Below, piece after piece: positions 36,943-49,963 of a DNA stretch of 64,000 bases. The translations under genes and the position numbers were made by a program. The DNA comes from Heptranchias perlo (lineage: Eukaryota): contig NC_090325.1 of the NCBI RefSeq assembly GCF_035084215.1, positions 82,956,001 through 83,020,000 of the forward strand, given 5' to 3'. The notes under the pieces are model-generated. The model made no database searches and had not been told where the DNA came from. It was given only the letters and a program-made list of their open reading frames with translations. Within the stretch, counting starts at the first letter, position 1; every line of letters starts with the position of its first letter.

Positions 36943-39900
36943 CAACAGATATTGTTTTCAGAGACTTGTCCAAGTGTGTTGTCCTTCCATTGGTGCCTTG
37001 CTTGGTACTCTCCTAGTGAAGATTGTGTCAGTCTGACAGATCCTTATGGTTGTTATTAGCAGTTTTTCACTTGCTGCTGTCCACACACTTTTTTGCTCGT
37101 TAATTTTTCTGTATTTCTCGTAACTCTTACATTCCAAACTTTCCTTCTCTTATTTGTCCACTTGATGCATCTATCATGTCATTTCCTTCATTTGTCTCTT
37201 ACCACCACCCTCCTCCCAAAAATTCTTCTAATCATCATCCTACACTCTCCTTTTTAATGATCCTTGATATACATTTCTTCTTGCACACGCAATAGTTTTT
37301 TTTTAAAAAGTCACTTAAAATTATGTATAAAATGGTTCTACAGTTACTAAAATAATCAGTTTGGTAACAATGTCTGTGATTCGGCCCATATATTTCGAGG
37401 AGGTTTCGATAAAGGATTAAAATCACTAGTTGGATTTATTAGAAGAATCAACATTTTGTCTGTGTTGCGTTCTCCACCCAATACCTGTAGAACAAACAGA
37501 AGTAACTTCTTTGTGCTATGTTGTCCTCTTGTTTCATTTTAATGTATCATTTTTTCTTTCTGTCCCTTTCAATTTGAACTTGAGACCTACTGTGCACATA
37601 TTCAGGGACACAAATTCTACTGTGGCTACAGAAGTCACAACATTCATATGAAGAAAACAGAGTGAAGAAATCATGTCAACTGGCTCTGCCTACGTCCTAA
37701 ACATTTAACTCAAAACAGATGGAATAAAATACCTTGGATTAATACTGTAGCAAAATCAAATGAAGATTTTTGCATGCATTGCATGGTCACTGGGAGCCAG
37801 GACCATGGAAAATGCAACAGTATCGCAACCATAAATGAATACTTTGTTCAGGTAGCTGCCATAAATGATGGCTTATATGACTTCTGTTACTTTATTTGTT
37901 TACTGTTTTTTTTTCTGTACATTTTAGGTTTACATGTAGATGTTTTGATTTTGTTTTCCTGTTCAGATGTTAACAAATGACAGTTCATTTATGCAGACTG
38001 ATGATGGATCAGGCCAAATATTTTTTTTATTCTGCTTCTCAGAAAGTGGAACCTGTAAGTGTATACAAAGAGGTGCTGCTTTCCATTTCAGTACTTCACT
38101 GCATACTAGTAGGAATTATGGTGCAGGTTAATGTTTTATTTTTTTAGCTTTTTTAATTATTAGTTTTGCTCTGATTTTTAGAAAGTCTAGTTATTTCACA
38201 GAAGTTGGCCCTTGGTGTTTAAAGGACCAGTTTTTATTAAATACAATATCTGGAACATTAGGGATTATCTTTAAAATTAAATTCCCATATCCTGGTTAGT
38301 AGCCTTTGCTGCTGTTGAAAAATTGTTCACAATTAGTGTTTTCTTACATTTGTTCCCAATACCCAGCAATGAATTTCAGTTTATGAAATGTATGAAGATT
38401 ATATGATATTTGTTCAGATGTGATGTGTGATTATCCAACACATTCTATAACTTCTGAATAGCAAAAAAGTTTCATAATTGGCTTGAGGTTTTGCTGTATG
38501 TAATGATATATTACTGTCCTAGTCAGTCTGTGTACACTAACCTGATACCCAGATCCGAGGCGCAGGGTTGGGGGAGAGATCGGGCATTCACTTAAAATTC
38601 CTGTTCATTTTGGATGGAAAACACCTTATTCTGCTATGATGTAGAGGGAAATATTTTTGTTTTTCATTTGTGTAAATGTTACAATAATCTGACAGACCAA
38701 AGTCAATGCTGAAGTAATTTTGTTTGATTTAATAGCAGTTTAGCAATTTACCTGATTCCTTCTCTCTATAGTGAAACATGTCACCCATTTATTGTCCCCC
38801 AAAAACAGTACTACATCATCATTGTATTGATTGTGTAGCCATTCTATAAGCAATAATGTCTATGTTGAAGTATGGTCTGTCAGCAGCTGTTCACCTTGTA
38901 TTGCTGGCTAATTGTGTCAGCCAGATCATGTGCATGTTCAGTTTGTCATATATTTACTATGTTTTTATTTCATTTATATCTATTTGTGCTCATCATCATT
39001 TACTTTAAGTTCACTTACATTATGTGGCTGCAAGTGACTCTCCTAGGGATAATATACACAGAGAAAGCAGTTTTCTACAAATGGATAAATGAGAACTAGT
39101 TATTTCAGAAATAAAAGACACTGGTCAAAAATATTTAACACTGGAATATTAATGCTACTTTATCTTAAATATGAATGTTGATTTCTTGTTTTTTCATCAA
39201 AGTATGGAGCACTTGCTCCCAGTTGTTCATTGGTTGGAAGTCCAGGACTACCTGTCATATTTAAATCAGCCTTTACAGTTGGAATGAGTTTCATCAGGGT
39301 TTTTTTTGCAGGCCTGTGGGTAACTACCTAACACTATGAATGTTATACCTGGGAGGAGAAATAAATAATTGGAGACACTTTACATTACCTGTCCTAAACC
39401 CTGCTACAGACACCAGTTGTTGGTAGGCATGGAGAGATCTGGGGCCTGGACTAATCCATCTTCTTGGTTAAAAGGGACTAAATGTTAATGAGCAATTACA
39501 CATGGAATTAGGCATATAGGTAGAGTTATTAAATATCTTTGTTTTTCCTGTCACATTTTACCTCAAACTAGTCCAAACAACTGCTCATATACAGAGTTCC
39601 AAACTTGGCCTAATAACAGGTTTTCTGTCTAAATACCAGTTGCTGTTGGTTAAGAATGAGGTCCAATTATCCTTGGAGTTGGCCAAAGTCCAGCTCTGTG
39701 CTAGGAGTGATTATTTCATCAAAGCCTAGGAAACAGTGGCTTTCCAGTTGTAGATTAAACCTATTTAATCATCTTTACTGTGTAGGCTTTATATAACTGC
39801 AGCAAACCTTGAAAGACCTTAATGTACTGTAAATTTGGAATCTTTGATGTGTAACATTTTTGTTATAGTTTATCAGGGAACCTAACCCAAGACTGGAATT

Positions 39901-40250
39901 TTTGAGATTTGTTATAAATATTCACAAATATTAAAATGTCAGCCTTCTATCATAACACCTTTGTGCATTGAAACTATTCGCTCCACAGCAACATAATCCA
40001 TATTTATTTTGGAATATAATCTTCAAATGTGTGAAAACAGTCATAATAAAATTTTCAGTGACTCTTTTGTGTTCAGATGTAAATGCAAAATGAACAGATG
40101 TGAAAGATAACAACTGTTGCTTTCTGAACAATCTAGGAATATAGGGAAAGATTTCCTCTGGTGTGTTTTAGGACATTGTAACCCTATTTATAAGGAACTA
40201 ATTTTGATTTCATATGCATAGTGTACAGAATAAATCTTTGCTGAAGGAGA
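36943..40250 (+). other. CHIC2: Probable CHIC2 3' UTR with candidate polyadenylation signals
   Basis: About 3.3 kb of T-rich sequence after the stop with no repeat I can recognise. AATAAA occurs at 37723, 39110, 39360, 40045 and 40229; the last is preceded by TGTA. The true 3' end cannot be determined from sequence alone. Confidence 0.4.
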
Positions 40251-40279
40251 GTTGCTGCAAGAAATATTTCCACTTCGTA

Positions 40280-40625
40280 CTAAGAACATAAGAAATAGGA
40301 GCAGGAGTAGGCCATACGGCCCCTCGAGTCTGCTCTGCCATTCAATAAGATCATGGCTGATCTTCTACCTCAACTCCACTTTCCTGCCCTATCCCCATAT
40401 CCCTTGATTCCCTTAGTATCCAAATATCCATTGATCTCAGTCTTGAATATACTCAACCTCTGAGTATCCACAGCCCTCTGGGGTAGAGAATTCCAAAGAT
40501 TCACAACCCTCTGAGTGAAGAAATTTTTCCTCATCTCGGTCCTAAATAGCTGACCCCCTATCTTGAGACTGTGCCCCCTAGTTCTAGACTCTCCGGCCAG
40601 GGGAAACAACCTCTCAGCATCTACT
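40280..40625 (-). mobile_element. CR1 3' end
   Basis: ORF 40370..40630 (RTRGHSLKI...FFTQRVVNLWNSLP) and a tail similar to 60020-60400. Confidence 0.9.
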
Positions 40626-41129
40626 GACATGAGTTAATAGAAAAAATTTACAGGTTATTCACTGCATTTTTATTACTGAATTCATTATCTTGATCAACAA
40701 AATATGGTAGTAAACCTGTGGATTTATAATAATAAAAAAATACAGTATTCATATGTTCTAACTAGGTGGATGGAAGTTGCTTGAACCCAACTCTAATGTT
40801 TTTTATGGGAGGGAGGGTGTTAAGGAAGAAGAGAGGTAAGTCATATTTGAAGCAGTTGGATACTGCAATGGGGGATTACAGGTGTCTATGGAAGGATAAG
40901 CTAGATAAGCTGAATTGCCTTGGTTCTCTGTCCTTATCCTTGTGACCATTGGTTTGTATAAATTGATGCTTAATCCCTTGCTAACAATCTTGGTATACTT
41001 GTCGTACATTTCTGGTTTTAACAGCAAGATTGCCAAAGATGGTGTCTCCGACTGCTTGCTCATCTTTCAGTCTTTATTATGGAACTGGGTGATTGGAATA
41101 CAACCATACAATCAATGTCTGTTGTTTTG

Positions 41130-41960
41130 CTAATACCAGTGAGCAATACAGGATACCAAGTTATTGATTGTGAATTTTTAATATACATCATGGAATTGTA
41201 TTCAGTAACTCAAATACAAATTGGTAAAATTTGTAGCTGATACCAAAGTGAAGGGACAGTTGATTTTGAGGAAGCCGCTTAGGAAATACGAAATAATTTG
41301 GACAAAATACCTAACTAGGTGAACAATAGCAAAGTATAATACGAGCAAGTATAAAGTCCTTCACTGGGGAAAAAGAGGGCACACAGATCAATGAATAGCA
41401 TCAAAATAGCCACGGATGAAGTTGAAAGAGACCGCTGAATCCAAATAGATTCGACACTCAACATGTCCAACCACTGCAGAGCAGTAGCAAAAACAATAGA
41501 GTACAAACCAATGAAGTCATACTCAAACTGTATAGTTCTCTGGTCAGACCATACCTGAGTGTCCAGTACTGCTCACAGACACAAAGGAAACATTCAAGCA
41601 TTGGAGATAGGCTGATCTTTAGTAGCAAGATTACAAGAAAAGACTGGAAAAACTTTTAAGCCTTGAAAGGAGATAACTAAGAGGTGATCTTGTAGATGTA
41701 TATAAAATAATAAATGGTATTGTAAAGATCCAGAAAATGAATTCAAACTAAATTATGAGGGAATACAAGTTTAAATTTGCACGATATCAAGAAGTTCTGT
41801 GCACAGAGTGATCAACCAGATGGCATGGAGGATAAAACCCTAGAATTATTTAAGAAACAAAAATGTCACAGTGGGAGAGGGAAGAAACTAGGGTCTTTTT
41901 GGGTAGGTCAATTAAATTGGCTGAATGGCTTTCCTCATCCATATTTATGTTGTGTTCAAA
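41130..41960 (+). mobile_element. Old CR1 fragment
   Basis: Degenerate KFVADTK, LYSSLVRP and LERR.LRGDL relics. Confidence 0.6.
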
Positions 41961-42567
41961 TATTTCATCAGCTCCAATTCTGCAATTGTGTAGTAAGTTA
42001 CTGACAATTTGGACAGGTAGCCAAATTTTTTGTAACATTCTTCTAACTGTGGGGGTGCTTTGACAGTGGCCTTCTCCAATGTCATCCTTTCGATCACTTG
42101 GCTTTATAGATGTGGGAGTTAAACTAACCAAGTTTAATGACTCCAACCAGCCACTTCCAAATTGGCCTGCAGATAAAGTCTTTACTCTGCAATGTGGAAT
42201 ACTGAGTGAGCAGACAGTAGCCTGTCACCTATATGAAATGTTAACCAGGAAAAAAAAAACAGCTGGTCCATCGAGCCTGTCTCATACAGTCATGGTGCAA
42301 CTGAGCATCATGATCCCCAATGCACTCCACCTACCAGCAGCCATGTAATATCCTGGGAGAGGTTAAAAAAAATCAATGCTGTTTCAGGGGAGATCTGGAA
42401 AATTCTTTTCTGACCCCTGCAGGCAATTAAAACGAGTTCCGGGAGACCACAGTGACCATGATGCTTATCATCCCTACTCTTATGTGTACTGTGATTTCAG
42501 CCACAGCCAGGAACTTGCCCAGCTCCCCTTTGAATGCTTGCAGAGAATCTGCACTCCTACAAGAGCC

Positions 42568-45200
42568 AATAGAATCATAGAATGGTTATGGCACAGAAGA
42601 CAACCATTTGGCCCGTCAAACCTATGCCGGCTCTCTGCAAGAGCAATCCAGCTAGTCCCACTCCCCTTCTCTTTCCCCATAGCCCTGCAAAATTTTCTCC
42701 TAATTCCTTTTTGAAAGCCACAATTGACCCTGCTTCCACCAACCTTTCAGGCAGTGCATTCCAGATCCCAACCACTTGCTGCGTAAAAAAGTTTTCCCTC
42801 ATGTCGCCTTTGGTTCTTTTGCCAATCACCTTAAACCTGTGTCCTCTGGCTTGCAACCCTTCCACCACTGAGAACAGTTTTTCTTTATTTACTTTGTCTA
42901 GACCCTTCGTGATTCTGCTCTAAGGAGAACAATCCAGCTTTTCCAGTCTATCCATGTAACTCAGGTCCCTTATCCCTGGAACCATTCTAGTAAATCTTTT
43001 CTGCACCCTCTCTTTAAGGCCTTCACATCCTTCCTAAAAAGCGGTGCCCAGAATTGGACACAATACTCCAGTTGTGGCCGAACCAGTGTTTTATAAAGGT
43101 TCAACATAACATCCTCGCTTTTGTACTCTATGCCTCTATTTATAAAGCCCAGGATCCTGTATGCTTTCTTAACCACTTTCTCAACCTGTCCTGCCACCTT
43201 CAATATATATCCCCAGGCAAGTTTCTGCACCCCCTTTAGAGTTGTACCCTTTAGTTTATACTGTCCTCATTCTTCCTACCAAAATGTATCACCTCACACT
43301 GCTCAGCGTTAAATTTCATCTGCCACATATTCACCAGCCTGTCAATATCCTCTTGAAGTCTATCACTATCCTCCTCACTGTTTACTACCCTTCCAAGTTT
43401 TGTCTCATCTGCAAATTTTGAAATTGTGCCCTGTACACCCAAGTCCAAATTATTAATATATATCAAGAAAAGCAGTGGTCCCAGTACCAACCCCTGGGGA
43501 ACACACTGTATACCTTCCTCCAGTCTGAAAAACAGCCATTCACCACTACCCTCTGTTTCCTATTACTTAGCCAATTTCATATCCATGTTACCACTGCCCC
43601 TTTTATTCTGTGTTCTTCAATTTTATTGATAAGCCTGTTATGTGGCACTTTATCAAATGCCTTTTGGACATCAATATACACAACATCAACCGCATTGCCC
43701 TCATCACCCTCTCTTTTACCTCATCAAAAAACTCAATCAAGTTAGTCAAACATGATTTGCCTTTAACAAATCCATGCTGGCTTTCCCTTATTAATCCACA
43801 CTTGTCCAACTGACTATTAATTTTGTCCTGGATTATTGTTTCTAAAAGCTTCCCCACCACTGAGGTTAAACTGATTGGCCTGTAGTTGCTGGATTTATCT
43901 TTACATCCTTTTTTGAACAAGGGTGTAACATTTACAATTCTCCAGTCCTCCAACACCACTCGTGTCTAAGGATGTTTGGAAGATTGTGGCCCCTACTTCT
44001 GCAATTTCCACCCTTACTTCCCTCAGCAACCTAGGATGCTTCCCATCCAGAGCTGGTGACTTAGCTATTTTAAGTACAGCCAGCCTTTCTAGTACCTCCT
44101 CTTTATCAAATTTAATTCCACACAGTATCTCAACTACCTCCTCTTTTACTGTGGCTTTGGCCGTATCTTCTTCCTTGGTAAAGACAGATGCTAACTATTC
44201 ATTTAGTACCTCTGCCATGCCCACCCCTCCTCTTACTACCCGTTCACTATTTATATGCCTATAGAAAACTTTTGGATTCCCTTTTAGCTGCCAGTCTATT
44301 CTCATACTCTGTCTTTGCCCCTCTTATTACCTTTTTTACTTCCCCTCTGAACTTTCTATACTCAGCCTGGTTCTCACTTGTATTAATAACCTGACATCTA
44401 TCATATGCCCCCTTTTTATGCTTCATCTTGCTATCTATCTTTTTCATCATCCAGGGAGGTCTGGCTTTGATTGCCCTACCTTTCTCCCTCGTGGGAATGT
44501 ATCTAGAACCAGCTCTTCTTTAAAGGCCACCCATTGTTCAATTACAGTTTTGCCTGCCAATCTTTGAATCCAATTTACTCAGGCCAGATCCATTCTCAAC
44601 CCACTGAAATTGGTCCTCCTCCAATTAAGTATTTTTACTCTAGATTGCTCTGTGTCCTTTTCCCTAACTAATCTAAACCTTATGATACTATTATCACTGT
44701 TCCCTAAATGTTCCCCCACTGACACCTGCTCTAAGTGACCCACCTCATTCCCCAGAACCAGATCCAGGAATGCCTCCTTCCTCCTTGGGCCAGAAACATA
44801 CTGATCAAGAAAGTTCTCCTAAACACACTTCAGAAATTCTTCCCCTTCTTTGCCGTTTACACTATTATTGTCCCAGTCTATATTAGGATAGTAGAAGTCC
44901 CCTAATATCACTACTCTATGGCTCTTGCACCTTGCTGTAATTTCCCTGCAAATTTGCTCCTCTATATCCTTCCCATTAGTTGGTGGCCTATACAAATCAC
45001 CAGTAGTGCAATGGCACTTCTATTGTTTCTTAACTCTAACCAAATAGATTCTATCCTTGACCCCTCAAGGGCATCCTCTGTCTCCAGCACTGCAATATTC
45101 TCCTTAATCAGTACTGCTACCCTCCCCCCTTCCCCTTTCCTTTCCTTCCCTATCTTTCCTCAACACCTTGTATCCAGGGATATTTTGTACCCAATAACTT
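42568..45200 (-). mobile_element. CR1 LINE, 2.6-kb ORF2 remnant
   Basis: ORFs 43603..43959 (NYRPISLTSVVGK, QHGFVKGKSCLTNL), 43251..43490 (KFADETKL), 42970..43230 and 42575..42868. Confidence 0.93.
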
Positions 45201-45269
45201 GTTCCAAAGGTCCATAGTGAGCTGCAAAATAACCAACCTCCTGACACCTAGCCTCATTTTATGCTATGT

Positions 45270-46304
45270 CACATATACATATGTTCCTGATCTATCTAAT
45301 GCAAATAGTCTATCCACATGGACACAGTTTAGCCACTTCATTATTTGAAAGATCTCAAACAAATCTCTCTGAAGCTGACATTTTTCTAGAGTAACAAAAC
45401 CCAGCTCTCTAAGCCTATTGTGGTAACTAAGAACTTTTAAACTAGGTATCAATCTAATGGCCTGCCTCTGAACCTTTTGTAGAGCCTCTATAAGAACATA
45501 AGAAATCACCCTCTATATCATCCATCATGTGAGGGGACCAAAACTGGACACAGTATTCTAGATAAGGTGTACCCAAGGTCTTAGACAAGGAAAATATAGT
45601 GCTCTTTATTCTATATTGGTTCATTCTAGCAACACAACCTAATATAATTTGCTTTTGCGATAGCTCTGTGACACTGGTAATGAACCTTTACCGATTCATG
45701 TACAATAACACCTAGGTCTCTTTGCCGGTCGGAACCCTGCATAGTATACACATGCTTGCCATTAGCCCTATCCTCGTTCATAACACTACATTTATCTATA
45801 TTAAATGACATGCGTGATACAGAGCCCATCCCCCAATCTACATCCGCTTATAATTGATTTTCTTATCCAAGGTTCTAACGCTCATGCAAATCTATATCAT
45901 CTGCGAGCTTCTGACAGTTCCTTCAATACCTTCATCCAGATCATTAATAAAGATGAAGAGCGACGGTCCTACCACCGATCCCTGCGGGACTCCACTAGTA
46001 ACCAGTCTCCACGCAGCATCACTACTATTAATAACAACCTCCTGCCTATGAGAATGTAACCAATTCCTTATATAACCCAAAATCTGCCCATCAGTCTCTA
46101 TCGTGTAAAGTAGCCTATTACGTGGCACCTTGTCAAAAGCTTTTTGAAAATCCAAGTATACACTGTCAACCGGGCAACCTTCAGACATTGACCTAGGAGC
46201 TTCCTCAAAAAATTGAACCAGGTTGGTAAGACATGATCCCCTTTTCCGGAAGCCATGTGGAGAGTCTCTAATAACCATTACTCTGTCCAGATGGTCATAC
46301 ACAG
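45270..46304 (-). mobile_element. Older CR1 LINE, 3' part
   Basis: ORF 45892..46320 contains [12 protein letters not shown] and [11 protein letters not shown]; further CR1 C-terminal relics lie in 45264..45509. Confidence 0.88.
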
Positions 46305-47366
46305 TGGGAGAAACTTTCAACTTGGGAACACCTATTCTACCTCCAAAAGGTGAGCACTAAGATGCTGAAAGTTGGGTACCAATCTTGCACGCCTGTTTCG
46401 TGCACCGAATTTGCTCATTGCTACATTGAATTGGGGCTTCTATTAGGTGTCCAGCGGGCCCATTCATTTAAGCATGCTAATTAGGGTCCTGTACTGTTTT
46501 TTGGGCCCAAAAGCCCTTTTGATAGCTCTGACATCCTAGTCGTCAATTTTGAATCAGTCACCGAAATTGTGGGCAAGGACAGCCTGGAGGGTGCCGCTTC
46601 TAGTGATATTTAATGGGACCATTAGCTGCTCTCGGGTAAATCACTGGTTAATTTATTTGGACTGCTAGTGTGTTTGTTTGCTGCTGGAACTGATATTCGT
46701 CATTTGTGAAAGTAATTTGGTGAGTCAGCAGAGGGGTTTTGACCAGGGGTTTCTGGCAAACTTCCGATTGGTATCAATGGGTTTGCTGATTACACTGCTG
46801 TTGTGGCTGGAAGAGGAGGAGGGGGTGCAGGCTGGAGTCCAGGAAGCAGCAGCTACAGAGAGAAGAGACTGAAGGAGGGCAGCTTACAGGAGGCCCTGCC
46901 CCACACAAGTGTACAGACCCAGAACTTCTTACCTGCAGTTCATCAAGGTGTAGTGTATAAGGAGGCTCTGTCCTATCACCTACTGCAGGATCAACTGCAG
47001 CCCAGCACAAGGTCATATAAACCCTTGCCTGTGACCCTGCACATTTATGTCTTGGGGCCAATCTAGGCTGCAGCAGGTGACATCTGCCACACCAGCCAAA
47101 CAGTTGTGCAGGTCTGCATTCAGCAGATGGAAAAAGGACCTTAGAGTGCATGTCCACAGATCCCTGAAGGTAGCAGGACAGGTAGATAAGGTGGTTAAAA
47201 AGGCATACGGGGATACTTTCCTTTATTAGCCAAGGCATAAAATATAAGAGCAGGGAGATTATGCTCGAACTGTATAATGATGTGGAGATGCCGGTGATGG
47301 ACTGGGGTGGACAAATGTAAGGAATCTTACAACACCAGGTTATAGTCCAACAGTTTTATTTGAAAA

Positions 47367-47403
47367 TCACAAGCTTTCGGAGGCTTTCTCCTTCGTCAGG
47401 TGA
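47367..47403 (-). ncRNA. Minimal hammerhead ribozyme motif, intact
   Basis: Identical 37-nt motif to 19520-19556. Confidence 0.8.
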
Positions 47404-47884
47404 GTGTGGGATTCCATGAAGGTTACCGCATATATAGTCAGAGAACAATGCCTGGTGATTACAGATAATTTTTCCAACTGCCCGTTGTCAAGGCAATCAG
47501 ACATAGTGACATTACATACAGGACTACTGAATATACAAACGGTCAGAGCCCAAAGACAGAGAGAGAGAGAGAGAGAGAGAGAAACATCCGAAAGAGAGAG
47601 AATGACCAGTTGTATTAAAAACAGATAACTCTTTTTTCGCTGATGGGTTTACGTGTAGCGTGACATGAACCCAAGATCCCGGATGAGGCCGTCCTCATGG
47701 GTGCGGAACTTGGCTATCAATTTCTGCTCGACGATTTTGCATTGTCATGTGTCTCGAAGGCCGCCTTGGAGAATGCTTACCCGAAGATCGGTGGCTGAAT
47801 GTCCTTGACTGCTGAAATGTTCCCCGACTCCAAGGCGGCCTTCGAGACACATGACAATGCGGTAACCTTCATGGAATCCCACAC

Positions 47885-47921
47885 TCACCTGACGAAGGAG
47901 AAAGCCTCCGAAAGCTTGTGA
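47885..47921 (+). ncRNA. Minimal hammerhead ribozyme motif, intact
   Basis: tcacctgacgaaggagaaagcctccgaaagcttgtga read directly on the + strand. Confidence 0.8.
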
Positions 47922-49789
47922 TTTTCAAATAAAACTGTTGGACTATAACCTGGTGTTGTAAGATTCCTTCCATAGAACTGTATAAAACATTGGTTAGGCC
48001 ACAGCTTGAGTACTGCGTACAGTTCTGGTCACCACATTACAGTAAAGTTGTAATTGCACTAGAGAGGGTACAGAGGAAATTTACAAGGATGTTGCCATGG
48101 CTGGAGAATTTTAGCTATGAGAAAAGATTGGATAGGCTGGGGTTGTTTTTGTTGGAACAAAGGAGGCTGAAGGGGGATTTAATTGAGATATATAAAATTA
48201 TGAGGGGACTAGATAGAGTGAATAGGGAGGACCTATTTCCCTTAGCAGAGGGGTCAGTGACCAGGGGGCATAGATTTAAAGTAATTGGTAGAAGGATTAG
48301 ACAGGAGCTGAGGAGAAATTTTTTCACCCAGAGGGTGGTGAGGGTCTGGAACTCACTGCCTGAAAGGGTGGTAGAGGCAGAAACCCTCAACTCATTTAAA
48401 AAGTATTTGGATGTGCACTTGAAGTGCTGTAACCTACAGGGCTACGGATCAAGTGCTGGAAAGTGTGATTAAATTGGATAGCTCTTTTTTGGCCGGCATG
48501 GACACGATGGGCCGAATGGTCTCCTTCTGTGCCATAACTTTCTATGATTCTATGATTATTCTATGATTCGATGATGGCTGTGTGCTTTTCCAAAGCCAGT
48601 GACTTCATATCTTTCCCCATGGACAGCGAGAAGCAGGAAGGCAGGGCTCGAGGCTTTGTCAGGAGTGAAGGCTTCCCCCAGAAGTTCCTCTTCCTGTGCG
48701 AGTCCTTCCCTGGTACTGCGCACCTCCCCTTTAAGAGGTGCAGACCACCAGGAACTAACATCGGGCCCGCCCAATATCTCCCCCTCCCCCCCATCCCCCC
48801 AATGAGCAAACTGTGCAATTACCAGTGCAATTTGCGCTGACAACTCACCCTTCAAATTTAAATGAGGCGCAAACCTAAAAAGGGTTCATGCCTCATACCA
48901 ACATCATCAGGCAAGCAATGTGATCATACCCTGCACTTCGCTAGTTGAAAGTTGCCACAGTATCTCTAATGATCCCTTCTAGTAACCTGCTTATCACTGA
49001 TGTCAAGCTAATTGGCCTGTATTTTCCTAGTACTGATTTGTTGCCCTTTTTTGAATATTGGCACAACATGAGCTTCCCTAGAGACAATGGGAACAATCGC
49101 TGACCCTAGTGAGCTGCTAAATATATAAGCAAGGGGCTCAATGAGCACAGCTCCATTGGTTGGATGCCATTAGGACCAGCAACCTGATCTGTTTTGGAAT
49201 CCCTTATTCTTTCCAGGACAGTTGAAAGATTTGTAGACATCCACAACTTTAGAGTCAACTGCACATTGCATTAATGGTAACTGAGCACAGTCTACTGGAG
49301 TGAAGACTGAAGCAAAGTAATCATTTAAAACCCCTGACATATCCTGAAAGTTCACTGGAATCTACCCTGAGGAATCCTTCAATGGCCCTACGCAGTCATC
49401 TTCCTCCCAATATAGCTATAGATTTTACTATTGCTACTGTAATTATCCATTATCTTCTTCTCCAATTACCTTTTGCTTGCTCTGATAGTGGGTTTTTTTG
49501 TCTTTAGCTGAGCTCAATACCTACCCCTGTTCTCTTGAGAGTTATTTTCTTTTGGTCTGTTAAAATATTTTTGCTTAAGTCTGATTGTCCAGTTAGCCAG
49601 TTTGGCTTTGCTTTACCATGTGCCCTTCTTTTGTATTTAGGTATATATGTGACTTCCTTTTGCATTAGAATTGTTTTAAAGGTATTCTATTTCTCTTCTG
49701 TGCTGGTAATATCCCCACCAAGTAGGATTGTCCAATTAAAGCAATTTAAGTCCTATGCCATCTTTGCAATCTATCCTTCTCAAAATCCA

Positions 49790-49963
49790 ATAGTTTTATT
49801 TGAAAATCACAAGCTTTCGGAGGCTTTCTCCTTCGTCAGACCTGACGAAGGAGAAAGCCTCCGAAAGCTTGTGATTTTCAAATAAAACTGTTGGACTATA
49901 ACCTGGTGTTGTAAGATTCCTTACATTTGTCCACCCCAGTCCATCACCGGCATCTCCACATCA
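49790..49963. mobile_element. Penelope-like short fold-back insertion 4
   Basis: Inverted arms meet at 49839-49842 and the full 3' tail ends at 49963. TSD TCTCAAAATCCA at 49778-49789 and 49964-49975. Confidence 0.92.
49807..49874. ncRNA. Back-to-back pair of hammerhead cores with truncated stem I
   Basis: Minus core 49807-49839 and plus core 49840-49874. Both keep CUGACGA and GAAA, but the inversion junction removes most of the 5' strand of stem I. Confidence 0.6.

Larger units (their letters stand above)
47278..47972. mobile_element. Penelope-like fold-back insertion 3, inside a CR1
   Basis: Full-tail minus arm 47278-47829 and short-tail plus arm 47828-47972. TSD GAACTGTATAA at 47267-47277 and 47975-47985. 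The host CR1 reads continuously once the insertion is removed. Confidence 0.92.
47133..48570 (+). mobile_element. CR1 LINE 3' fragment (younger), split by Penelope insertion 3
   Basis: ORF 47990..48472 (VRPQLEYCVQFWSP...RRLKGDLIE...FFTQRVV) and a (TTCTATGA)n tail at about 48540-48570. Confidence 0.92.
46305..48957 (+). mobile_element. Decayed PIF/Harbinger-type DNA transposon containing nested CR1 and Penelope insertions
   Basis: 3-bp CAG duplication (46302-46304, 48958-48960) and imperfect TIRs sharing AACTTTCAACT. HARBI1-like peptide relics: HLLQDQLQPSTR..LPV, AAAGDICHTSQTVVQVCIQQ and, after the CR1, SKASDFISFPMDSEKQEGRARGFVRSEGFP. The flanking CR1 rejoins in frame. Confidence 0.75.
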
